64,000 nt of DNA from Mytilus edulis (lineage: Eukaryota), in NCBI RefSeq assembly GCF_963676685.1, contig NC_092350.1, forward strand, positions 59,892,001 through 59,956,000, written 5' to 3'. Numbering within the stretch: position 1 is the first letter of the stretch; every line of letters begins with the position of its first letter. The notes under the pieces are model-generated. The model ran no database searches and was not told the DNA's origin. It saw only the letters and a program-made list of their open reading frames with translations. This document shows, piece by piece, positions 24,042 to 37,900 of the stretch. Both the position numbers and the translations under genes were made by a program.

Positions 24042-25175
24042 ACATATATGCATAATACAACTCACAACTTTAAAATATTTTTTTTTGAGTTTGATAAAGA
24101 GAACCATTAAGTGTCAACGTAACGTTATAAAACTAACTTTGGATAATTCATAAACTATCTAAAAGATCATTATATTATTAACACAATTGAAGTACATTCT
24201 GATTCTAAAAGTGTTAAAAATAATCTAAAATATATATATACACTCAGATGCTTTCTATTCGGTCATTGATACAACGCCAGATACACATACAATACTTATG
24301 CAGGGTATTAAAGTTGCCCACAAAGTTGGTCCTTGTAGGTCATATAAAAACTTCACTATTATAATACTAAACTTGAAACTTGACAATCGGCTTTATATAT
24401 TGATTTTTGCTTAACATTAAACCAGTTGGACGAATACGGAGTGTATATGAAATGTAACAATGAGAAAACGAACCAATAGATCTGATGTTTTATGCTGATA
24501 GATATGAGATATAGAAAATGTAAATTACTGCACAATTATCATATGTATCTGGCCAGTGGAATATCTTATGGTATGCAACATGTGTACAAGTGGTAGTTAG
24601 CCAGAAAACCAGGTTCAAATTACCGATTTCTTCGAACAATGCACGTTTCAACTCAGAAATCAGACAGTTGCTTTCGTTAATAAAGCTTTATGTTATCTCC
24701 TTTTTTAATTTACCTTAGAGTGTTACTGATTATATGCATTAGAGTGGTGATCTACAAATAACATGATTAGTCATATTATAAATGCATATTGTATATCATT
24801 TGTATTACAAGATTGAGGACATATGATAATCATGGCAACACTCACATTAATAGGAAATTGCATGGCCGTTGTTAATAGTAGGTACTTATTATATTGACAT
24901 GTTTTGATCTGCTGTGCTTAAAGTATAAGTTTTCACAATTACATAAAGAGGCAGTGTAAAATAAGTAGAATTCATAAACAATACTATTTCTTATTAATGA
25001 TACATTCTATTCGAACGATACGGAATTAACAAAAATGAAATGTGTTCACTTTGTAAACAAGATGTGTGCAACTTGTCAGACGAACATTACATAGCACAAA
25101 TAAATCAACAATGAGAAAAATCATATTTTTTTCTTCAATTTTGACGGACCTCAATGTTTGTTAATAATTAATTAC

Positions 25176-25672
25176 AAAGCTTATAATTTAATACGCCAGA
25201 CGCGAGTTTCGTCTACATAAAACTTATTAGTGATGCTCAAATTAAAATAGTTGGAAAGCCAAACAAGTAATAAGTTGAAGAACATTGATGATCCAAAATT
25301 AAAAAAAACAATGTGCCAAATACGACTAAGGTTGTCCATGCCTTGGACATGTTGGACAAAAACAAACACCTTTTTTAGTATTTCGAATAATTGTTACTTT
25401 TGAAAACAGTCAATATATAAAAATGGTCATACAATTGATTTTCATGTCAACATCAAAGTGCTGACTACTTGGATGGTGATACCCCTGGTGACGAAACGTC
25501 TGCTAGGAGTGGTATCGAACTAGTGGTCTAAATAGTTATCAAAGGTACTAAGCTTATAATTTAATACGCCAGATGCGCGTTTCGTCTACATGTGACTCAT
25601 AAGTGACGCTCAAATCAAAATAGTCAGAAAACCAAACAGGTAAAGTATCGAAGAGCATTGAAAACCCAAATG
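25176..25672 (-). mobile_element. Non-LTR retrozyme (tandem repeat, 373-bp period, two type I hammerhead motifs, degenerate)
   Basis: ttataatttaatacgccaga recurs at 25181 and 25554. The - strand reads GCGTCA-CTTATGA-GTC acatgta GAC-GAAA-CGCGC-ATC-TGGCGT (~25609-25566) and GCATCA-CTAATAA-GTT ttatgta GAC-GAAA-CTCGC-GTC-TGGCGT (~25236-25193). Confidence 0.8.
25563..25612 (-). ncRNA. Minimal type I hammerhead ribozyme motif (core mutated CUGAUGA to CUUAUGA)
   Basis: Stem I GCGUCA/UGGCGU, stem II GUC/GAC, GAAA, short palindromic stem III, AUC at the cleavage triplet. Confidence 0.7.
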
Positions 25673-27335
25673 TCACATATGATATTAACAACACACACAT
25701 ACAACAATACCATACATATCAACCTAGCGGCTGAGTAATTCTTTACAACAACGCGTGTACACGGAGACATTACGTACAGACGATTTTACCTGTTTTGGGC
25801 TCCGCCATGTTTGGTTCACTGTAACTGAAATTACGGTGATCAGTTTAACACCAGTGATTTATACGGAATTGATTAATTTGTTTACTCAGCTGTTAACTTA
25901 GAATTCAACAATATGTGGGGTAGCTTTTGAACCATTAATTTACAGGTAAGAAGCCCAGATATCAATCCGTGACTCAATCGACGGAATAATCTACACTTAC
26001 ATATCTGTATGTATATCCTGTATTGATTATCGTGGGATTTGAACCCCATTTGAAATTACACATCCTGTATTGTAACAGACCTTCTAAAATTCAACATGAC
26101 CATTACTTTATTTGTTTAATCGGTTGTATTTGATAACCTACAATGCACAACGTTTAACATTTAAATCGCTTGAAATATATGTTGATGATATTCGCTGAAA
26201 AAGTGTTTATTTTATAACATCATTTTTCTCCTACGAACATTTTCTTTATAATGTCATATTTGGCATGTTTTTTTTTTTGTTTTTTTTTTTCATAAACATT
26301 TTCTATTTGACTTTCTTTTAAGTGACATGCTTGTTTTCGAATTTACACCTTTGATAATCGGTAACCTGTTGATCATTCGATCTCTAATCAGTCAGTATCA
26401 TCACATATGAGTACAGTGAGCAACAATTTAGATACTTACTTCGGAATTACCTTCAACCGACACACGAGCTATAAAATGCAAACTAGAGAGTAAAAACAAA
26501 CATCATTGTTTGCCAATGTTCCACAACTCATAATTAAACAATATATAATTTTTATTCAAGCATGTTAGTTTCTGATGTTTTCAATGTTTCAGAAAACAAA
26601 TAATCTAAAAATTAAAGAACCCATGAACATGTAATGTTACTGTTCTTCAATCCTCTCAAATTAGATATCAACGAGTTAAGTTCACAGAAGTATTTGCAAT
26701 ACAACGACTTTCCACCACAATTAAAAGTACATATATCTAACATGGCTATGCATCTGGTAAGTATAACGTTCTGATTTAATTTAGTGTCTGTAAAATTAAG
26801 TGTTGATAAGGAAATTAACATGTTCTTTAAAACGACACGCAGATATACTGTCACTGTTATCATCAAGCAAATCAACACCCTTAAGATAATTTGTTTTTTT
26901 AAAACCAATAGTTGTTTGCAAGCTTTTGATAAACACATATCTATACCAATGTTAGTATTGTCAATGTATAATCACTTCAAAAACTAATATTCAATTAGGA
27001 GTTTTGTAAATAAATAATTGATTTACAATTGTTTAACATTATTTGATATATTTGTCAGTAAGTGCTGCGGCTTTCAATTAAAGCCTAAGTATTGTTAACA
27101 ATTGTTAACGTCAACATAACTATAACAGGACAAATAGTTAACGAGGCAATCGGGTTACAATTAAAGTAAAAAAATACATTAAAATAATATTAGTTCAAAC
27201 ACAAATTATCATGAGTTTAAACGTAGACAATATATTGGACGTTGCATTTAGACATTCTACTTTGATTTCTATAGCGGATAATCAATTAGACTGTTTATAT
27301 GGTTTTTTTAAGGAATAAGTTTAGAAAATAACATT

Positions 27336-30300
27336 ATGGTTTTTATGGATGCACCGGTAAACGGTATTGTTTTCTTAATACCATTTCTAGTGAGTATAAA
27401 GGCAGTGACATTTTCCATAACGTACAATACACAAATATTTCAAAGCACGAATACGATCGACGTTCACTCAGAAAGTATAGTGTCTTGTGCTAAGTTATGC
27501 TCTTATCAAGACAAATGTTGTGTAGCGGGTTTTGAAAAACTTACATCAAGTTGTCGGATGGATACCTCTGAAAATTGTTCTATTTCGACTCATACAGATA
27601 GTGATTCGGATGTCATGCACAGACAACTTTATGGTAAGTTTATTATAAAACAAAATGTATTTCTTTATAATTTACTATCTTAAAAAGCGTAATTCTGTGT
27701 TTTGTTTAAGTGTGCATCCAGTCCAAATATATATCTATATACTAATAGATATGTTGTTTATTATTCACTGAGACTCTCCACATATAACAGTTGCAGAATT
27801 CTGCATTTAAAACTGACTATAAATATTCAATTTTTTCAAGTAATACCAGGGAATGTTTACCACTCGAATGGTAAGCTCAACGTTAGTTGGCAAAACCTTC
27901 TGAATTATGGGTCCTCTATGCTTGTTCAATTTCGGACTTTTTGGGCCTTTTATATTGATTTATTCGGCTTTCTTTGCTTATAGTGTTATAGACGATCCGT
28001 GTTTTAAGCGTACACATGTGTAAGTCTTGTATAAATGGTAAGTATTTCAACCATCTGAATACCTTACTATATTTGCATACAGAACTAGTGATTTTTTGCA
28101 GTTTACAATTTACAGGTTTTGAATTAGGTATAAGTAGGGGATTTGGTTTACTGCAAATCGTTATTGAGTTTCCAGATATCAACTGTACACAATTTTAAGA
28201 GCTTTCATTTCACTAACACCTTGTTTGATTTCTATGAGACTTTCAGCTACTTGTAAAGATTTTTTTTTTTCTCTTTTTAAGAGTGTATAAGCTTAAAGAC
28301 GTGAATTTTTAAATGAAAGATGTATGTTGCCAATTCAAGAAATCTTTGCCTTGTTTTTAAATCAAATGCTCACAAAAATAATGAGTCATATGTTTAACTA
28401 TTAGTACGGCGGCTTTGTGAAAAATTGTGCACATCCTGCTACAAGCATGAAATTTGGCATAGACCTTCCTCAACTATTTCTCTTTCATTTCAGATAGGGA
28501 GGCATTTGAAAAAAATGCCTCACTTCCGGTAAAATCAAAAATGGTGGACATCATACTTAAATTAGCCCAAAATCGAAGGCTAGTATGTGAAAAGGTGTTA
28601 TTAACATGCTACTATCATAATATTTGGTACAAACCTTTGTTTTGTACTACTTTTGGATATATGATATAGATAAGATGTCTTCAAAAACCCTACTTCCGGT
28701 ACAATCCAACATGGCAGATATAGTACTACAATAAGGTTATTTTTAGGGAGGATAATTGAAATGTGTTTTAAAGTATTGCTACTATCATTATATTGTGCAG
28801 GAACCTTTCTTTGCTGCTTCTCATGGATACAATGTATAAGACATACTTCTTTAAAATCCTTACTTCTGGAAATATCCAATAGGGCGGACGTAGAAATATT
28901 GATAATTGTTCATTTTTTATATTCAACTTTTTTCAAACTGTAAATAAAATGAATTTTTTGGGGTTGTCATTAAACTTTTGGATTTAAGTCATCCTCAAAA
29001 CCACTTCTGGTAAAAAAATCAGTATGGCGAAAATTACAAAAATGAGTCCTCAATCCATATATTCGATGTAGAGTTTTGGATAGATTGATTAAAACAAAAT
29101 AAAATCACTAAAGTTGTTAAACATCTTTAGAATGACTTATTTATGGCCGCATATACATGTTTACTCACAATCGGAGAGCTTATTTTCCAAATTTACAAAG
29201 ATCGTGGTATTGTTTCCTACATCTATAATGTACACGCTCCTGATAAGATGAAGAGGCCTCACAAAAGAGTTGTTGAAAAGGATGCCATGGGTAATATTTT
29301 CCCCTTCGCCATTCATAAGGGATGGACTAGTTAGAAAAGGAACCAATACCAAGCTTGTTACTTATTCACATCCGCCATGGTATATTGCACGATGTACTTG
29401 CTGAAAAAGACTAGACCGAGTCGTGGGAATAGCCTCAATAAGTATTTCCTCTTCCAAAAACACATTTTTTCTTGCTTCATTAACCCCATCTGATAAGTTT
29501 GTTTGTTCGTACAACAAAACCACGTATCGTTCTATCAATGATATTGTCAAATCCATATCTGGTGATGTTGGCTGATCAATCATCATTCTAAATGATAGAG
29601 TTACATCTTTTAACACCATCTTTTAACACCAACGCAGTTCCTTTTCCAGCAAACGTGTAATATCTCAATGCCTAGTGTATTTGAAAGGTCATGGATAGAT
29701 ATATATCTGAAGCTTTCCTACTTCCAAATGCAAGCCAAAGTTTGTCTGTCCTTAGGTCACTGCAAAGCGAAACCGCAATGACAGCAACATCAGTATCGAA
29801 TGTTCGAGTCCTGACTCAGTTAAGTCTGTGTTTCACTGCATCAGACACATGCATCTTGATTCGAGTGTCAGCCTCTTTACGTGAACATGATGCTAAGCTT
29901 GAAACATCACCATGTGATGGATAGCACAGAACATCCTGAGTAATTGTTGCTACAACTACCTTTCCCTCAAAATCTATTGAGCAAGCTGTTGCGAATTAAA
30001 ACTTAAAAGTTCTTTCTTATTGTCGTAATCTTGTTTTGACTCTTGATTCGTCAGTGTATTCCCTTTCCCCTAAATGTAGCTCTTGCTTCTTATAACAAAT
30101 GCTCAGAATATTCTATCTTATCTACCTCGAAATGTTTGAAAGCTTTGGATAAATATATTTACAAATGCACCTGGCAATGAGTGATTACACACACTTATTG
30201 TGCTCCATGTCTTTACCAGTTGTGATATGGTTCTCTGATTGCTTGAAAAGGACAATAAGACTGCGTGAGAGACATTGATGGCATTTGAAGATGTCATTTG

Positions 30301-33300
30301 AAGATGTGACTTTGACATAAAGAATGATGATTGATCAGCCTAAATCAGATTGGGTTAACATGGTTAACGAATCAGGAAAATAACTATTTGCGCAAAAGGG
30401 ATGACTAATTGAGGATAAAACGTGCAATATACTAAGGCAGGTGTTTAGGGGAACGAGCTTGGAATTGACTCTTATGAAATCCAGTTCAAGCGCTTATGAA
30501 TGGCGAAGGGACAGAGAGGATAACTTTTAAATAACTCTTTCTAAGGCTCCTCATTTTGTCAGAAGCTTGTACATTGTGGATGTACTTGGGAATGCGGTTC
30601 AATGCCACATCCTAAGCATCAGAAACAAAAGCTATAAAATCTACAGTTTAAATGGACACATACTACAACAATTCAAGCATAACCCGTACCTATGCCTACA
30701 AATTTCGGATTACCTCAAATGGACCACCCACATATTAAACGTGACAAAGAAAGTAAATTCAACACTAGACTTTCAAACATAAATAAGCTAGAAAGGATAC
30801 AACGTCAAGCGGCAAGATTTATCACCATAGGTTACAAGTCCAGAGAGGACGGTGTGTCTCCAATATGCTTGCCAAACTGGAACTACAAGACCTCCAGACA
30901 ATTGCAAGACGAACAAGCTAGAAGTTGATATTTATGTATAAAGTAGTTTAGGGGCTGATTCCCGCTATTGAACCGACGAATTTCTCCAAAAAGCACGTCC
31001 TAAGAGAAACATAACTGCAAAGAAGTTCGAAGAATACCACGCAACAAATATTATGGAAAAGCAAGTAAAGAATCACTCTAAGTGTTTTGACATTCCACTA
31101 AGCAAAACACCACAATACTCAAACTCATTCTTTGTAAAGACAGTGATCGCGTCGAATCAGAAAAACGACACTGTAGTGCGCACATCAAGCGTATAGAGCG
31201 TCAAATCTGCTCTTACTCCTCGTCAATAAATCGGCGGCGCTCTCTCAAACCGTTAAATTAAAGCCAGAATTGGTATTGACAACGCATTCATACAGATGCA
31301 GATACAGAGGATGTCGCGGTCGTTGTTAATGTTGAAAATCGGGTCTCCCGTGCACCGTTTTGTTTACATGTGGTGGTGACTGTAAATAAACATGTATTTT
31401 CAGCCAAATAGTAATAATTTGAAAAAATGTTTTAGTACTTTAGTAATTTTATTTTGTTTTAACCAATCTATCTAAAACTCTAAATTAAAGATATGTATTG
31501 AGGACTCATTTTTGAAATTTCCACCATATTGGTTTTTTTTTTAATACCGGAAGTGTGATTTCAAAATTTACATTAGAAAAAATTTAGTGGTTTTGAGGAT
31601 AAATAGAAGCCAATAGTTTAATGACAAGCAAAAAAACCCAACAAAAAACATTTTCTTTACATTTTGAAAAAAAAGTTGAATATTAAAATTGAAAATTGAT
31701 ATTTCTATGTCCGCCATTCTAAATTTTACCGGAAGTAAGGTTTTTAAAGAGATATGTCTTATACATTGTATCCATGAGAGGCACAAAAGAAAGGTTCCTG
31801 CCTAGTGCAATGATAGTAGCAATACATTAAAACACATTTCAATTACCTTCCCAAAAAAAAGCTTATTCTAGTACTATATCCGCAATGTTGGATTTTACCG
31901 GAAGTAGGGTTTTTGAAGACATCTTATCTATATCATATATCCAAAGTAGTACAAAACAAAGGTTGATAATGACACCTTTTCACTTAATAGCCTTCAATAT
32001 AGGACTGATTTAAGTATGATGTCCGCCATTTTAAATTTTACCGAAAGTGAGACATTTTTTTCAAATGCCTCCCTATCTGAAATGAAAGAGTAATAGTTGA
32101 GGAAGATCTATGCCAAATTTCATGCTTGTAGCAGGATGTGCACAATTCCTCTGAAATATTCTTGTAGCCGCCAGACTATATATCAACACAACGTGTCCTA
32201 TTTTTATCTTTCAAAACCGTCAACTAAAAATGTCTACTCGGAGTGTGAGTTAACAAATTTAACCCCGCTACATTTTGTATGCATGTACCTGTCCCAAGCC
32301 GGGAGACTGTAATGCAGTGGTTGACGTTTGTTTATGTGTTACATATTTGTTTTTCGTTTATCGTCTGTACTTACATAAGGCCGTTAGTTTTCTCATATTA
32401 ATTGTTTTACATTGTCATTTTGGGACTTTTTAATAACCGACTATGCGGTATGAGCTTTACTTATTGTTGAAGGCCGTACGATGATCTATAGTTAATAATT
32501 TCTGTCATTTGGTTTCTTGTGGAGGGTGGTCGCATCGATAATCATACTACATCTACTTTGTATAATTACATATACATTTCATCAGTTTTTCTGTCAAAAA
32601 AAGGTGTAAAACAACAATGCAAATCTATCAGTCACAAAACATAAAAAAAAAAGAAATAGAAATTAATGACTACCTATGATACCATTGACCATCACGTTAT
32701 TGTTGAATATTCCTTTGGTATTACCGGAAATGATTTATGTTGTTTGTGGGCCAATCGGCTTTGCATATCATAGTAATTTCAATATTTTCAAATCACTGAA
32801 CCATAACAAATACATTAATAATACAATATAAAAGCTACCTTAATTTGTTCGTACAGCATTTAAACTTTGAAATTCTCGTTTTGTGAAGCTTTAAAAAAAA
32901 ACAAAAAAACACAGTACCAACCATTTGGCATTTGTTAACAACATTTTTCATGTTTTAACAAGATTTGTCATGTTTAAACAACATTTGTCATGTTTTAACA
33001 ACATTTGTTATGTTTAAACAACATTTGTCATGTTTTAACAACATTTGTCACGATTATTGCAGTTCCTCCGTCATGTACTGACTGTTATAGTTATGCAACG
33101 TCATTGTATAGAATTATTGAAGACACTGTTGATTGGCAAACGGCTCGGGTAAGATATTATACGCAGTTGTTTGGTTTCATTTAAATAGTCTATATGATGA
33201 ATTTTATTGAAAATAACTCGGTTACGAAAGAAATAAACACAAATCAAACGACATATAAAGGAAAACATAGAGTCATGTACTTAAGACATTTGGCTTAACT

Positions 33301-34987
33301 GTTAATGAACATTTGCACCCTCATGAGTCGCTATGGTTTTTGTTTAATTGCTACCTTTAACGTCTAATTAGAATACACTTTTAGTATCACAGGTGTGAAA
33401 AAAATACAAATCAAATAGTTACATGAAGAGATTTCAAACCAAAACCAGCAAAGGTACATTGCACTTGGATTCGTTTGCTTCATTAGCTAAACACAAAACA
33501 ATATAACATGCCAGACTGAAAATGCTCAGAGTAATATGTACTGAAATAAGCTCAATTGTTTTAACCCGCTTTTAAAAAAATATGTCATATGTACTATTCT
33601 TTACTGAAATTGTCATCAGATTTGTTTAAAATTTCGAATACAAGTGTAAATTGGTTGATAGAATGGTGTGTTTACAGTAAAGGTGATTCCCCTTTAAAAA
33701 CATAACGATCAACACGATTATGTTGTGGTGGTGTGATTCACTTTAATACAAAATACAATGTTTTTTTATTATCTGACTGAGAAGAGCATTGTAATTAAAT
33801 AAGTGCATTAAATATTTCTTATCCAAATTTACAAACTGTTCGCCTTAATCAACATTTTCTATCATATCTGTATATCTACATATGCATGTTCGTTTAAAGC
33901 CTTGTAGTTTACCTTTCAAAACGAAAATAATAAATCATCAGAGAGATACATGAATTATCTAAATTTAAATACAGTAAGAAAAAGATCAATTATATAATAT
34001 GAATAATTGTAGAACCTAATTGTATTCACAGAATAATTGCTACAATTTTGGAGGGAAATTGGTTGAACTAGAAACAAAAGAAGAGAATGATTTCATCAAG
34101 GATACATTAACTAACAGAAATGCTGGTAGGTGTAAGGTGTACCTTTTGTCTTTCGACATTATTAAAATATGACTAATACCGTTAGGTAAACTGACCCTAT
34201 GGTCACAAAATGTGTAGTAATTATACAATGTTATCCATGTAGAAAGACAACTACAAGTAAAAGCCTGATATGGACCTTTTGTCGTATGACATTAGAAAAA
34301 TATCACTCTTACCGTAAAATAAACTGCTATAAAGACCCTATGGTCACAAAATGGGATTCAATTATAGAAAGACAACTACAACATGTAACAGCCTGCTATG
34401 GACTGATAATACCCTTTGTATGACATACGTCAAAATACAGTCCTACAAGATGAAAGTCTTCTGATTGTATTTACCTTTATTAAAAGATACAATGAGGACA
34501 AATATACATAATGATACAAGTCCTCAAGAATTAATACATATACTAGCAAAGTAGAAATATCTGTCCCTAGTTAGATGGTTAAATTTTTGTTTTTCAATCG
34601 GTACATCATGCAGATGATAATATATCAGTTATATGTAATGCTAACATACTGCCTAACTGGAAATATAATCTAGAAACAATTTGTGCAATTACGGAACCTT
34701 TCCAGATGACAATACGTTATTTTAAAATGTCCGCATTATACTGAACCACATACTTATACTTTTCAGACGCCCTATATTTTCTTGGAGGATATAAGTTCAA
34801 TGCTAACGACGGTATCAGATGGATAAATACTCCAGGTCAAGCAATGACATTCACAGATTATGCAGCAAATGAACCAAATAGTCCTACTACAGAACTGTGT
34901 CTTGGATCCTACAGGCACATGAAATTCCAATGGGTTGATATACCATGTAACTGGCTGAAGTCTTATATTTGCGAGTTCCAAGAATAG
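27336..34987 (+). CDS. Secreted PAN/apple-domain + C-type lectin, paralog B (232 aa, 4 exons)
   Basis: Exons 27336-27633, 33063-33148, 34032-34125, 34767-34987 (699 nt, all GT-AG, phases 1/0/1). Hydrophobic signal-like N-terminus; apple-like SIVSCAKLCSYQDKCCVAGFEKLTSSCRM; CTLD WQTAR-NNCYNFGGKLVELETKEENDFI, YFLGG, EPN, ELC, WVDIPC, YICE; AATAAA at 35001. Confidence 0.92.
29175..30400 (-). pseudogene. Decayed C-terminal XPG/PIN-like nuclease region of Academ protein
   Basis: SCSRKEADTRIKMHVSDAVKHRLN*VRTRTFDTDVAVIAV...LWLAFGSRK; IERYVVLLY...VNEARKNVF...EAIPTTRSSLFQQVHRAIYHGG; stops and frameshifts present. Confidence 0.8.
30560..31308 (+). mobile_element. CR1/L2-clade LINE 3' fragment nested in the Academ element
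   Basis: CHILSIRNKSYKIYSLNGHILQQFKHNPYLCLQISDYLKWTTHILNVTKKVNSTLDF and KLERIQRQAARFIT are typical of the post-RT region; ends in a short (TACAGA)n-like tail at 31291-31308. Confidence 0.8.
32245..32562 (+). repeat. R1 repeat copy
   Basis: tttaaccccgc...cctgtcccaagcc...ggccgttagttttctc...ttgttgaaggccgtacgatgatctatagtt. Confidence 0.75.
32930..33051. repeat. 20-bp minisatellite, ~6 copies (TTAACAACATTTGTCATGTT)
   Basis: Directly visible; ends ~11 bp before the acceptor of lectin B exon 2. Confidence 0.9.
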
Positions 34988-37900
34988 AATGCATTGCATC
35001 AATAAAACATGATAAACTCATAGGAACAATAAAGTACGCAATCAATGTTGTAAGATTGATACCTTTGTCATATTTCTTTGAGCATTTGGCTGAACAAAAA
35101 TGTACTAGTTTGTTTTGTTTGTTAAATATGTTTTATAATCTCCGAAAGTTTACATGTGTTTTTCATTACATGTTAGGAGAGCGTTGCAGTTTTCTCTAAC
35201 ATCCATTATAATTGTTGACATAAATGTCCCGTTCTTGCCACTAAAATCATGATGGCCAGCACAACACTTTCGTTAAAAGAATGTTAGCATTACCATTAAT
35301 GCTTCTTGGTTCATATCTTATGATCATGAAGACACTTACCTTTTTCACATAGCAATGATAATAACACATACATACATGTACAATAGATTCAATAAAATAT
35401 ACAGACAAACATGCATGTACAGAAAGTGAGCAAAAAAATCGTGACTAAAAAGACATTCGTTGAACATGTTTAAGTAAACTCATCATATATATAAGAATTG
35501 AAATATGTCTACGCTAGACACGCTTTTTATTATTTATCTTTACATTTTTGGGTATATTATGTAAGGTTTAAGTCAATACACCATTTTCCGTATCTGTTAG
35601 TCAACTGATTATTGCCCGTCACGTCAAAAATTATTAATAACAAAATAAATTTGTTCAGTTTTAGAATAGTGAAAAAAGATAATTAAACTCATAATTCAGC
35701 CTACAACTGTTTCAATCTGTTTAATGTAGACGAAACTCGCATCTGCTGTACAGTAATAGATGATAGATGTTTTTCCATGCCAGTTCTAACATATTTTATT
35801 AGTAACGGTTTTGTGAGTAACACTATATACGTTATCTATTACTTTAATCAAATAGATTTGATTCTAGAATAAAAACATATCGATGTTTCGTTGTTTCATT
35901 GTGTCTGAACTCAAATATGGGCTAGCGCAAACAGAACATAGCTCTTACACTTTTATTAAAATTTGCTTTTCAGACTTCACTTAACTACGAGATTCATTTT
36001 AGTAGTATCATAAAACACTCCTTTAAATTGAAAAAAAACATATCGAACAAATACTTTAAACTTCTGTTATTGCAACTTATTGTCTGTTATCAAAAAAAGA
36101 CAATAGTAAGTAACTCTAATATTTGTTTACCTCAAATGTCATCAAGTTTTCTTGTACTGCACGGATTTTAAGTATTTACTGTACATATGTATGTGTCAGT
36201 AATGTATCGACACATGTCATAATCCAGTCTGTATGAAAAATAGTATATTTCAAATACACATCGTTTGGATATATCACGTATGTATTTAAAAGATAAGTGA
36301 ACCGAATGACGCAAATAGATTGATTATATTAAAAAATAATGATATATGTTTTACGTTTTATTTTTTTTTATTTTTTCACTATTCCCGTTGTTAAAACCTA
36401 TAATTATAAAAAATATCTATAAAATATTACGAAAAAAACAAAAGAACAGGCCTCACTTCAATTGCAATACGACTCAAACCGCTTTGTTTCTACAATAAAG
36501 TGTAAATAAATAATGTGGTAGTCGATATTGAATGAAAAGTCTTGAAATTTCAGTCAGTACTTTAGTTAATGCATTAACACTATGATATTGCACTATTGAA
36601 ATATTTTGTCATAAAACGAGAAATTATCAGTTGCAAATAATATACTTTTTTTATAATCTCGTTTTACTACATAAAGGCAACAGTATTTACCGCTGTTTGA
36701 AATTCATAAATCGACAGAGAAAAAACAAATCCGGGTTACAAACTAAAACTGAGGGAAACGTATCAAATATGAGAGAACTTCGACACAACCGAAACACCAC
36801 ATTACAATTAAACACACACAGAAACGAACTATAATATGACAATGGCTAACATTGACTTTATGATACTAAATGACTACAGTAATACACAAAAGACTTATAC
36901 AACGTGTAGTGTTACTTATTTACCCTTTTCCTGGTTTATCTACTAGCTTGTAAAATTTTGACACTATAACAATCATAAAAATTTACCTCATCTGAGTAGA
37001 CCTATAAAATATTCTTCAATAATACATGTGCTACAGTTCTTACAAAACAAAAAATTAAAAGTACGCGAAGAAAAGTAATTGAAAGGAAATTAAAAACTGT
37101 CAATCTATTAACCTGATAACTATACACATTTTGTTTTAAATAAAAGCAAACCTCACTAGAATTTTGTTTATTCATTACTTCATCAAGTTTTTTTTATATG
37201 TGTAGTTTGATTGTGATAATCTTCTGTTTACTTTCTTTGTACATTGTTTTCATATCATCATGTACATTTTCAGCAATGTTTACTTGTTCAAGTAAATGGC
37301 AATGGATATACGTCTTTTTATTTTGATTTCTATATTATCTTATATACTGTTATTTCTTTTCACCTCTCACAAGAGAAATAAACTATGTCAAAACATTGAC
37401 ACAAAATCTACCATATGCACGATATTATGGTTAATCTTAAATATGTTTTTAAAAATGCAATCAGTTATTTTCTTGATTTGGGGTTTTTATTATATTTTAT
37501 ACCTTTCGTATTAATCACATCATTGGTGACCATTCTTTTAAAGAGGTAGAGCTATAGTTTTGATTAATATGAATACAAATATGTATCAATTATAGTGCAG
37601 CACAAATTATACACTTTTGAATAGAAAACTGGACTCAGAATGTGGTATTTAAATTGTTTTATAAAAAAAGTAGATTTAACTGCCGTGAAAAAAAGCTACA
37701 AATCTCGCATATAGAGGGAACAATTTACTAATGACGTTAATTCTTGAGTAAAATGCACCTTTTTATATCGATTTTGGGAATGGAGAGAATATTTCTTCTT
37801 TTACTCTTCAATCATCCAGGCGTTTTGCCCTGATGATATTTCTCAGGGATTATTACTGAGCAGATCTTTATCAACGAACATATATTTAAAGGACGGAAAT

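Larger units (their letters stand above)
28402..32178 (-). mobile_element. Academ (AcademX-type) DNA transposon, internally deleted, in intron 1 of lectin B
   Basis: Termini TAGTACGGCGGCT...AGCCGCCAGACTA; 3-bp TSD TAT (28399-28401 / 32179-32181); ~770-bp imperfect TIRs (28402-~29172 vs ~31378-32178); internal XPG/PIN-like nuclease remnant. Confidence 0.85.

Noticed and set aside
23824-24153. 109-aa hydrophobic ORF after the RT
   Set aside because: Lies in the T-rich 3' UTR of the retroelement and runs into flanking DNA; no ATG start; the hydrophobicity is compositional.
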